Below are positions 41,103 through 52,945 of a stretch of DNA of 64,000 nucleotides, one piece after another. The notes under the pieces were generated by a model, which ran no database searches, was not told the origin of the DNA, and saw nothing but the letters and a program-made list of their open reading frames with translations. Source of the stretch: Trichoplax sp. H2 (taxonomy: Eukaryota); assembly GCA_003344405.1 (NCBI GenBank), contig NOWV01000179.1, positions 62,001 through 126,000 of the forward strand. The letters are read 5' to 3'. Both the position numbers and the translations under genes were made by a program. The stretch's first letter is position 1, and each line of letters opens with the position of its first letter.

Positions 41103-42759
41103 AGCTCAAAAATTTTAGTTGAGATGTATTGTTCTCATATTTTAAGTAACTCTTAATACAGATCATTTGTTCTTCGAATTAGCCGAAAAAGTAACTGATA
41201 TTCATGTTGTAAAAATGATTCTACGATAATATAGCAACGGTAGCATAAAGGCATGAACATTGAGATATCTTCCTTTCCGTTATTCTAGCTGCACTAACTG
41301 TAGTTTCATGATTGTGCAGTACACGAAAAGCGATATAGTATATTTTTCTATTAAAATCAATTGTATTGGACTACTAGATATAGCAACAAATAGCAAATTA
41401 CCTCTTGGAAATAAATTTCTCGAACTATTAGCTCGCATTGCCTAGTAATAGTTTTTTGAGTTACGCTTTTTATTCTCTAAATAAGATTTAAAGTCTTCTA
41501 TGATTTATTGCTATAAAATTAGGTCAACTGCTTCATTATGACAACTTAACTTGTACCGATTTAATAACTGAAAGTAAAAACGTCTATTATACGACTTTCT
41601 AAGGTGTTCTTAAACAGGGGATGTGAAAAGGCTGCAGCTACAATTAATTCTCTGCAAGATTTGGTCAAAGTAAACTCTATCTTTAGCTACTTTTTGTACT
41701 AGTTTTCTTAGTCTCAGTATAACAGATGACTATGCGTCAACCTATCACTACTCAGAAATGATTAGTTCATAGCAGTAGATGTATCAATGGCAAATATGTA
41801 AAAAAAGATCGATATTAAATATTATTGCCTGACTCTACTAGCCACGCTAAGCAGTGTGTAAATTAGGCCTCACTTAATATATAATAAGATGCACTCTAAT
41901 ATTGCCACACGAGCATATTTCTTCTAGTTATTTCTATAAAAACCTATTAACAAGCTATTGTTCATTCCCTTTTTACTAGTGAACTATAAAAATTAGCTTT
42001 AGATGCGATAAAGATACTACTTCGTTAAGATTCGATATTGAAATAATACGATCACTTCATTGATTATTGTTAGTGCCTTGCTTTATTTCACACAAAGTTG
42101 ATGCGATTCTGTCATACAACTTTAAATATCAAGAGTCCTTTGAGTAACAAGCTATTAATACAATCTTAAACATTAGAATGAAATAAAGAACGTTTATGAT
42201 AACATCAACACTTTTATAACATTTTTCTATTGATAAAATTGAATTAAGGAATCTGAACGAGAATTAGACATGCAGCAAATAACATTAATGAAAGCACAAT
42301 TAACACTTAAAGAGTAACCAACATTAAGGTTTCATATATTCGTCTATTAGAGTTGAATAGGATACAATTGTTACTAAAATCATCTCGTCGACTTAAGTAC
42401 ATCATCTCTCTAACAATATGCCCAAACAAACAAAAAAGAATAATAACCTTGCTAATTGTTAATCATTTGTTAAATAGCGTCAGCAAAGTATCACAATCTC
42501 AAGTATCATATAAGGATCAATTAATCACATATCTTTATGATAATACTAGCGTAGCAATTATAACATATAGTCATATCTCTTAAATAGTAATTGCTACTAC
42601 CGTACTGTATATGATGAAAAACATATACTGAATACATAATCACATATTAGCTTGATTTATTGCATCAGAGTCTTCAAATTAGTCCTAGATCATAGCTTCA
42701 GTCCTCTAATCTTTTCACTATTCAATATACAGTCTGGTTACAATAATCGAAATGCGAAA

Positions 42760-43320
42760 TTTTGCTGAAGGTTAGGTTTCATTATCATTTCATGCTGCAT
42801 GTCAGGTATGCTGATAGAGCCACATACCAAATCTCTTGCCATTTGGTGGCATTTTATCATCGCATGCTATATGTACTATACTGATTACGGAATATGCCGA
42901 TAAAAAGCGATATACCAAACAGTTTCTAGTCATTAGCAAGTTTGTTATTATTTCATGCTGTATGAACTATCTTGATTTATAGCGGATGCTGATAGAAGCC
43001 ATATACCAAATCAATTTCCAATAATTTATAGTTTCTGTTATCATTTCGTAATAAAATAGATGCTTTAAATTATAGAATAAGCCGGTAAAAGCGATATACC
43101 AAAATCAATTTCCAGTTATTCATTCTTTGTTTTCATACTACGCGTAGAATTTTTGATTTGCGGAAAAATTTCTTATAGAAGCTATCCAAATCAATCTCAG
43201 TCATTAAATAGATTTCGCTGGCACTTTATACTATCTTTACGGCATCGATTAATGGAAGCAACTGATAGAAGTCATATACCGGTACCGAAATCAAATTTTC
43301 AGTCATTTGCAATTTTATGC
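42760..43320. repeat. Degenerate tandem repeat, ~6 copies of ~90 bp
   Basis: The core gc(t/c)gata(g/a)aagc(c/g)atataccaaatcaatttc..agtcatt recurs at about 42810, 42897, 42988, 43081, 43172 and 43261. Confidence 0.75.
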
Positions 43321-43327
43321 TACATAT

Positions 43328-44476
43328 TTATTGTACCAGGTTCAAATCTAGCAATATTTCGCGTCCAATATGACCGTTATCGACATCCAGAAGCAGCTTC
43401 TTGAACTAAAATCGACAGAAATTAAAAATTTATTAATAATAGTTAATGCAAATGGTGCGAGCAAAATTTAAGATAGCGATTTCGTTAGGTACTAATAGAA
43501 GTGTTCTTTGTCTATTAAAATGGTATACTCATATTAATTCTAGCTTAATATACTAGGATATTAGCCTTCTTGATCGATTGCTTATTTCTTTTACAACTGT
43601 TAAAATTTTTCAGTGACTATTCAGTACTATTGTGGCTGATAATAGTACCGTGTTATATCGATTATACATTTTGATATTTTAATTAATGAGATAAAATACT
43701 AATTGATTTAAAATCCTTTTCCTTAGGGATAAATGCAACTATTCAGTTTTATTAATATTATCACTAATAAAGACATAAACATAGATCATACTGGCATCTG
43801 ATTTAGTAAACGTGGCAAAAGATAAGAGATTTAGATATTCTCTAGCAACAGTTACTGCCGTATGAATTCTTTTATTTTCTATTAAATGAACGTTGATTTC
43901 CAATAAGCGTAAAAATAGTGTCACTACTGAAGACTGATACATTATTAATTATTTAATTCGTAGCAGATAAAACTCGATAGAACTCTGTTTGGATAGGTCG
44001 ATGCAGTATATGTAAAGATATTCACTTATCAATTTAAAAAAGCAAACAGTAATGAAAACATAGATTAAAAATTAATTACAAACATACAGTATCTTCTGAA
44101 AAATCTAGCAAGTGAATATTTGTAAATAATAGTTTGATTAAATGGCAATTACCGAGTAGTATTCCTTTAATAGAGCTAAATTTTCATTTTCTCGGCTTAA
44201 AACAGCGTTGGCTAAATTCTGATAACGCAACTTCTTACGTACTCGACAATCTTTAGCCGATTGTCGGCATTTTTGTAATTTGGCCGCTTGGTCCATCAAG
44301 AGCGGCTTTCGACCTCGTTTATTTGGCATTTCAATTTTGTTATTACAATCATACTTGCAAGTAAATTTAGTATTTTTCGTTCTTCGCCCAATAGAACTGT
44401 GGATATTACCAATTGATGAAATCTTATTAGCAATATCGAGGTTCAATTTTTTACCGTTGGATTTCGATTTGACCAT
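43328..44476 (-). CDS. CREBL2: CREBL2/REPTOR-BP-like bZIP protein, 2 coding exons
   Basis: Exon 44476-44153 includes KRGRKPLLMDQAAKLQKCRQSAKDCRVRKKLRYQNLANAVLSRENE (human KRGRKPAKIDLKAKLERSRQSARECRARKKLRYQYLEELVSSRE) and has a GTAATT donor. Exon 43405-43328 reads FKKLLLDVDNGHIGREILLDLNLVQ*, parallel to YKQWCMAMDQGKIP. Confidence 0.85.
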
Positions 44477-45144
44477 ACTTTTTATTTTTCAGTAAACGTT
44501 TGCAAGCTAGCTCAGTGATGTTGGATGATATCCTAGACAGATAAGTTAGAAAATGTGACTAGACTCAATATTACCGGGTATAATATAGTTATTGAAAATT
44601 TATTACATTGTTATAAAATAGTGAGACGATATTTGAAAACAATAGTATTCTAGATTGTTGAATATCTATGAATTATCTTACTACTTTTTTAAGTGATTAC
44701 AACGGGATATTGTGGAAAATGACAACTTCAATATAAAATTGATTTTTGACCTTTGATGTTTACAGTTTCCGCTTTTATCGTAAGGGGAAAGCTCAATATT
44801 CAGGTAACTTGATTCTCTCTTGAATTGGTAAACAAATTAATAACAAGTTTATAGCCTAGCTCAATTTATTGACAGCTATAAAATTAAATGTCTGATATTG
44901 AGGTATTGACTTTAATTAGACGGCCGCTATTGATTAATTGAAGATAAAGTATTCTATTTACTTTATGAATTGATAAAAGTTATCCGTAGACCAAGATATA
45001 AATTCCGTAAAGAACTTACCAAGTTTCTGCTAAAGCATATTATTACAGAATTCGCCAATACCAATATAGGATTTAGTATAACAAAATAAAGCTTCCATTA
45101 TTATACAAAGTTGTTACCCAATTTAGTATCAGTAGCTGCGTGCA

Positions 45145-45192
45145 CCTGCTTCCGGTATTGGCTCCAGGATGGCGGTTGCCATGGACGTCACC
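45145..45192 (-). promoter_or_regulatory. Dense motif cluster, probable CREBL2 promoter/first exon
   Basis: Within 50 bp: CRE-like TGACGTCC, X-box-like GTTGCCATGG, YY1-like CCGCCATC, CCAAT and ETS CCGGAAG. Followed on the minus strand by a GTAAGT donor at 45019 and an acceptor near 44533. Confidence 0.5.
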
Positions 45193-48100
45193 TTGAAAAA
45201 TTCTTGACATCTAGATATATTCGCCATTAATTGACGTTAAATGTGCAGTACTACAGAACAGCTTAAATATTTTTTCTATGGATTACAATATATTTAAAGT
45301 ACAAAAGAAAAGCTGATAAATTCACGAAGGAATTCTATTAAATAGATACAAACAAGATACAAATAGGTATTGTGAAGATCCATATTTAGCGAATAAGTCG
45401 GTGTTCGGCATTTTTCCTTGTATCAAAGACCCCGCCGGCTAGGCGCCAGCAGTATTTTTTATTCTTCTTATTTCTTTTTAGCTGTCGCTTTAGTTTTATT
45501 TCCCATTAAATGTAGAGACTTATAGTCTCTTCAACAGCCTATCATTGAATTTATTGTTATTTATGATGGGTAGCCAAATAATCGAGATAGTGTACGGCAA
45601 GAGATAGGATCTTTTACAATTTGCACAAAATGCAGTTAAGCCATTCGGCACCGTAAAAGGCAAACGGCAATGCTCTTCTGAGCATTTTACCTTGATTTAA
45701 CCACTTTGTACAATATTCCGAGGGTCTACTGTTGACATTAGCAAGTGTAGGACTGTAGTATAAGTTTCCCAAGTTATCTACTTAACCCAATGGCAACAGC
45801 TACTGAATGAATTTCGATAGCATTCACGCATAATTGTATTTTCTATGTCCACCATTCCCGGAATTGATGCCACAGCTATTAATCAAAATAGTTTATTCAA
45901 AAAATAAGGCATAATTGTTTGTGAAAAAGAAAAATACAGAAGTTTTGTAAATATATGGGTTATAATATAGTACATATAGAAATTAATGAAGTACAAGTAG
46001 ATGTCCTACATGTTCTAAAAAGTATGGTAAATAATGTACAAGAATATATTTGTTAACAGAAGTAAAACATCGGTTATACTTTATGTTGGTATGCTACTGT
46101 TTCAGTCTGGTATTTGAAGTAAGAAATAACAATGGTTAATAAAAACAGATTTATAAATAATAACAATTTACTAATTAATCATCGGCGTCTTGGTCAACGT
46201 TTTTGATAGTTTATTGATTCATAAACAATACTTGTATTATTATCTTAACGTATATATCAGTCATAAACAGGAGAAACTAGTAACTGTATCCTTCAATCCT
46301 TGAAGACTGCATGGCTATATTTGTATCAATCTAAGAATATTGACGCCACTTCATTACACAATTTTTCACATCGCTTAATAAATAATGTAATTATCTATTT
46401 AAATCTTGTCTATCCCGATCGCTTTAAATTATCTCATTAGTGTACGTAACGCATAATGAAGTTGATAGTTTAAATCAACATGAATTAATTATTTTAAAAT
46501 GAAACACATTAACCTCTTCAACTAAATCAATCATAGCAATGCAATTGCTCTTGACAAGAACTTTAACATACATAAAAAATTGATTTTATTTTGCTAAAAT
46601 CAAGATACTATTCAATGATGGGATCTCATGTCATTTAGCTAGTCACATTGGCTACGGTATCTTTTCAATCACTTACCTATACAACTCTATACAGTGCACA
46701 GTAAATGAAAACATTTCATCAGAAGGGGATGATATGGTAGGATATTTACATCCGTACAATTACATGGGACAATTTTGAAGCATGGTTTGTCCACTTACTG
46801 AAATTATTGCAATAATGCATTATAACCCTATATATTGTATTTTATTTATATTGTTTCATTTTTATAGTACAAGAAATAATATTATTATTACAGCTAACTT
46901 TTGGTCATAAAATCTTCAATGGATAAAACTTTCAATAAATACAACAGGAGCTTAGAATTAAACTGAAATTAATCGATGCATTTTTCTATAACACAAATGA
47001 ATTGACAATAATCAACGAAGTGTCTAGACTGGTATAATATGCAAATAGAGAGAGATAATAAACTTTCATTGCACAAATGTGTTATGATGCTCTAGCACTT
47101 GAATTAAATTGTTATTGCTTTGATATCTGGACATACAAGTTCATGATCAACTACTAAATTTCGCTATAGCAAGCAATACATCATGTGTTATGCAACTTCG
47201 CATGATTTGTCGTAACAGGATATCCTTAATATTTTCAATGAATAAAAAATTTTACTTCCTGTAAATTCGGCCTTATTGTACTTCCTCACGGAAGGAAATA
47301 TGTATACCATTATTTGAGTTCGTAAATATGATAGAGTGGACTGTAGTCCGCGAAATTCTTATAAGAAAATGCTACGTTATGGCTGCGAAATCAGATAGAG
47401 TTAATGATTTATATTCAGGAATTTTTCTCTTTCCTTAAATTTCGCATCCACTTTCAAGTACAGTAGATTTAAGATGATTTTCAAGGTCATTCAACAGAAA
47501 TACCGGTAGAAAATTATTTCCAGTATGAATTAGCGATAGCCAATAATTATAATCTTTCAGGCAGATTGATGATGCATTACAGTGCAGAATCATGCATAGG
47601 TAAACTGTACTGTAGTTTTGAACTACCATTACGTTAAATTTTTTTTTAAATCAGTCTTATTAATCGAATTATATTCGATAACTATGAAATTAGTATAAAA
47701 ATTAACTACTAATGGCTATTATACAGTGCATTGCGTTAATAGACAGGAGGCCAAGATTTGTTATCTTTCAGAGTTTCTCTGTCGTCATGGCTTACTATTA
47801 AGACATTTTGTAAGAAATCTCCTTTAATAAGATTTAAATTATTATTAATTAACTCGTGGTAAACAACATCTGATTTTAGATACGCGACTATGTGTAAAAT
47901 TTATATGGATACTATTGTAATTAATCTATTTTATTTTTTACTCGTCTTTGAACTTAATACAGGGCTTCATGGGTTATCAAATAATTTTTTTTTAAATTTT
48001 AAGTATAATCAAATATCAACCAGGCGTTAATTAATTAATTACATTGAAAGAATTGCAAGAGGCTTCACATGGTCGATACTGTAGTCAGCCTAGTTTAGTA

Positions 48101-48779
48101 GGCAATAATCGAATTTAGATATCGGTATCCTATCAACTAACTATAGCCTCCTTTCAATGAATACCGATAAAATTAATTAAAAAGAACCAGAATTGCAAAC
48201 TTAACGGAAACAAGGACAAATCCTAGTCTGATATATAAAGCTTCATTAATTTATAAAGTAAACCTAGTAACTATCTTAAATTAATTGAAATTCTCGATAA
48301 TGAAAAAAACACCCTGCATCGAGCTGTGCTTCATATTTTATCGCTTTTATTTACTATACAAATCAATGATTTCTAGCAGAAAGAAGGTAAACAAATACTT
48401 AAAAATAACCATTACTACCCGCATAATTTTTGCTTAAGCTTACTAAACATTAAACACGTATAAAAATTTTCAAGGTGAATGTAAACTTTATCAAAAACTA
48501 TGTGAAGGCTATCGTCTGTAACTCTTCGACATAATATATCCTAGCCAGTAAAAAATTTTATCTAACAGTCCTTGGTTATCAAGGCTGTATTCTATGAGAA
48601 GAGTATGAATGTGTATATCCACATTCATTGTTAGACGTACTGTAGAAAATAAAAATATTATATAACCGTTAAGCAACGATAAACATAACGGTACTGAAAA
48701 TAGACGCAGTCGTGTAGTGCAGTATAGTGGAAAGTATCGTACTATGTGTATTCAACTAGCTCACTAGCCAACCATTGCA

Positions 48780-49395
48780 GCGGTTAGGCTAAAGGCATCC
48801 TTCGATCTATATATCTAAAAACATAATAGTTGTCTACAGAAGACTCTGGGTGTACATGCCAAGTAAACCTAAATTCTATCGTGTAGACAACATTATACTC
48901 TAGGATATCGGTACTATAAACAATTAAAGGACGGTATATGTACCCGTTATACTCAACAGTAACTAGGCTAAAAGCAGCATTTGAATTTATGCCTCTGTAG
49001 CGAATAGGTTCCATAAAATTGAGTAAATCTCTAACATGACGCAATTAGTACTACCGTACTTCATGTTACTGTTGTAATTAGTTGAAATCTCCACCACCTC
49101 ATCTAAATGAGCAGTGAATTGTCCATGAAAAGCTCTGAAAGTATGTTATCAGGTAAATTCTTTATATTCAATGGTCTTTGCTAGCCTAAATTCTATCGTT
49201 GGACAATATTGAATACCATAAAAAAATACCATACTTTATTGTACTGCTTACTATATATACGAGCGTACATTTACCTAACAACTGATCCTACCCTTCGGTT
49301 ACAATTGTTAGGCTGAAAGTAGCATTTAATTTATATTTCATATCTAACAATGCAAACGATTATTAGCGGAAGGCTCTGAACGTACATTATCGTCA
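48780..49395. repeat. Degenerate local duplication
   Basis: cctaaattctatcgt..gacaa at 48868 and 49186; taggct(a/g)aa(a)g(c/t)agcattt at about 48964 and 49308; gctctgaa(a/c)gta..ttatc at about 49132 and 49373. Confidence 0.6.
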
Positions 49396-49705
49396 AAAAA
49401 AAAAAAATTCTACGTCCGATAGGTCTGTACTTCCTGTAGTTAGACTACTGTAAATCGCTTATATATTTTCTATAGAAGCTACTGTACGGACATAGATCAC
49501 AAGTTGCCAAAGATCTTTATAGACTGGTAGCTCTTGCAGTCCAAACTCTACTCTGTATGTATAGGAAGAAACTATATAAGGTATATATTCGTTGAGGCAT
49601 ACATTTAATATAATCGTAGATTCGTATATCATACACAAGAGTATCAAAAATTCTATATGTTATTGCTATACTATTTATTTTTTCTATAATGGTGGTGATG
49701 CTGGC

Positions 49706-49719
49706 GTTACCATAACAAC
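49706..49719. promoter_or_regulatory. RFX X-box GTTACCATAACAAC upstream of SPEF1
   Basis: 13/14 match to GTTRCCATRGYAAC, about 770 bp before the SPEF1 ATG. Confidence 0.55.
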
Positions 49720-50490
49720 AGCGATGAAAATATTGCTATACGCGAGAAGCAACCTATTACTACTGCTATGGGCTCCGTAGACTTTGTAGATGTTCTTGTC
49801 TATTCTATTGCACTATAACTATTGTATGGGCGATAGGATTGCATAAACTGTGCTCTATTCGGATGCTGGTATAGTAATTTCTGTATAATATCGATCAGAA
49901 CTAATGAAAAAGTACACTTAGGCTCAAGGCTATGTACGAGTATAGATTTTCATGCGCAGCAAATGCAGTAAATAGACATGAGAATAGTGGGCAGTGGATA
50001 AATATCTGTAAGGATAATAATATTATACCAATTCTTTATATTAATACAATCATTGATCTTGCGTCATTTTGGCCATTAAATCTGGTAAAATTACTGGACA
50101 TATTGGAATTTCTTTTAAAACTACATACTGGAACTCCATAAGTCTGAGTGTTTTTTCGATTTCTGATCCAGACTTATTTAGATAGAGTGATATAATCTTG
50201 AAGATTCTGACTATATAAAAAATGGCCTTTGGAACTCTGTGATACTCTAACCATTTTAAGATATTTGGGTAATTGCTCGTGGTTAAAATTTGGGGTAATT
50301 TTAGCTTATACAAGGACTTTGGTGAATTACTGGTATAGCCACGAAGAAAATCATCCTTCACTGATACATTTAAAATTGCAAATTACTTTCATTCGCACGG
50401 TGATAAACAAAATTAGTTACCATCCACAAATCGGTGTAGAATATTGCTAGATTGTTAATCACTAAGAAAAGTAAAACTGCACTATTACTC

Positions 50491-52945
50491 ATGGAAGAAA
50501 TGGAAGGATATAGCATGGATGAAGATGAATTAAAGCAATTATACGCTTGGATTGATGGAATACCTTTAAGTAGGCAGAAAAAGAATATAACTAGAGACTT
50601 TAGCGATGGAGGTTAGTGATAATATTACACAATATTCTTATGATAATAACGATATAAGCGATCGTTACCTCTAATTCTTCGAATTGAGATTCTGTAAATC
50701 GATTTGCTTCTAATTTACGATACTGGATAGTATGATTACAGATATATAGTATTAAAGATAAAGTCCATCGATTATTCATTATCACAGGATCAACATTATA
50801 GTGCCTAGTAATAGCATGATATGAGTAACTAAATGAACAGAAAATTATCCAATTTAATATTAGGCTAAGAATTTATACTAGTGTTGAGATAGTAAAACCA
50901 AATAAACTTTAATTTGATATTAATTATCTTATTTAAGTATGTTTAAGTGTTGTATCTTTAAAATAGACGCTGAATATGACATAAAGAAAGATGCTTTAAA
51001 TTAATACTTGCAAGTTGATGGCTTTACAACTAACCCTGGCTTATACTTGCAATCGTTATCTTCTCTTAATACAGTTTTGGTTGCTGAGGTAGTACATCAC
51101 TTCTTACCTAAGTTAGTAGACCTTCATAATTTCTCTCCAGCGAACTCTGCAACACAGAAAGTAGACAACTGGAATGTACTAAATCGTAAGGATTTCATTT
51201 CCTTGATTAAACATCATCTTTATAAGCTACAGTAAAAAAAATACACTAATTACTTTTTTCTACTTATGATTTGTTATGTAGGGAAAGTTTTCACAAGGCT
51301 AAATTTTCATTTACCAGAGGACGTTTTGCAAAGTATCGTAAAATGTAAACCGGGCGTGGTTGAATTTCTGTTGAATAATCTTAGACTCAAGGTAGTGTAT
51401 TTGTGAATAGGTAGTTTTTCTTTTGAAATATTGATAGATTAACAATTCTAATGATATGATGATGGAAATTATTAGATCAAGAAATTTAAGGCAAAATCAA
51501 GTGGTAAAATATATAAACAAAAATCAGATTTTTCTCAGCAAATACATCATCAACGCCGCGGTCAGCCATCACAGAATAGTAATCAGGCTTTTGCTGGACA
51601 ACCTTCCACTTATCCTGATTCTCAGAGTAAGCTATTAAACTAACATACAAGGGCAAAATTTTAAAAACTTTACTTAAAAGCTACTCAGAGTTAATCGACT
51701 GTTGTGTACATTCTTTCGGATTAATAATTTATTTCTTTGAATATTGATTTATTATCATTACAGGTTACGTTGTCAATGCATACCACAATCCAGCAGCGGG
51801 GCAATTTAACGGACCATTTCATCCACCAATCCAGCATAATCATCAGGTAAAAATGATATTACTATGTCTATAACAACCGAAAGGAAATAATTTAGTACGA
51901 AATAGTAATTAAATTGAGCTTACATCTTTGTTATCTATCTCAAATCACAGCAGACACACTATTTGTATGATATTCCAACTGATGAACGTGGAATCATGCA
52001 CGAAGCTAACACTAAAAGTAGAAAACCAAGTAACGGCTACGGGCAAAATATAAATCACAGACCGGTAAAAGGCAGTAAATCTCAACCTGTGAGGTAGGTA
52101 ACGATTTCTAACGAACAGTTAGCTATCAGTTTATCTAAAAAGATCATAATTAGATCATTACGTATACACTGCAGCTCTCGCTAATTTTAGAGTTATATCA
52201 ACATCATATCTACAGTAGTGGATGCAGATTACATGCAAATAGAATACAGAAGCGAAGGCAGTAAGAGAATTATAAATAGGATGATGCCATATATGCATAC
52301 AGTGTTATCAGGATTAGCGTTATATAGCCCTTTGGGTAGCAACAGCAGCACTAGTAAGACTTTTATTTCGATAAGAAAGAAAAATAGTAATAAAGCTAAA
52401 ATACGAATTGCAATAGAAACATTCTTCTCCACTAATATGCAGACAATTGAGTCAATTTTGACCGTTACGCTTATAACTTATTTGATGATAGTCAGTTTTA
52501 GTTATCCAATACCGCAGAGATATAAAAATGAGCTTACTCATTCATTTATTCATTAATAATTTTCTCTATAACTCAGTCAAGAAGCAGTGATAGCCATGGA
52601 AGAAAAGACGCAAGCTCTACTTGCTTCACAAGAGACCATACAAGTAAGTAAAAGAATGCTTTAGAGATAACAAGCAAAAATACATTTGAAACCTAAGAAG
52701 TCCAATAAATTTTCTAACAAGCATCCACGATTGAGGATAACAGTAAAACAGTATTTAATAGTATAAATAGCAATAGCTTCTTTAAGCTATGATTCCACTC
52801 GTGTTTATATGTAATTTTTTAAATCATCTAGATTTTACAAGCTAAAATACGGAGAATTGAACACTTGCTTCATTTAAAGGATTTAAGAATTGAAGAATTA
52901 CAGTCAAGACTTATATCTTATGAATCCAAAGGCGATCGTAGATAA
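50491..52945 (+). CDS. SPEF1: Sperm flagellar protein 1 / CLAMP (CH domain plus C-terminal coiled coil)
   Basis: ELKQLYAWIDGIPLSRQKKNITRDFSDG|VLVAEVVHHFLPKLVDLHNFSPANSATQKVDNWNVLN|RKVFTRLNF..CKPGVVEFLL, and the C-terminal EEKTQALLASQETIQ|ILQAKIRRIEHLLHLKDLRIEEL..*. Confidence 0.95.

Noticed and set aside
46678..46798. Minus-strand segment bounded by TTTCAG and GTAAGT
   Set aside because: Stops in all three frames. It could be a non-coding exon, but nothing else supports it.
50050..50361. 103-aa minus-strand ORF divergent from SPEF1
   Set aside because: Non-ATG start, no recognisable domain, AT-rich composition like the flanking non-coding DNA.
52218..52556. 112-aa ORF and its antisense partner
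   Set aside because: Lies in a SPEF1 intron, has a non-ATG start and no motif; consistent with chance.
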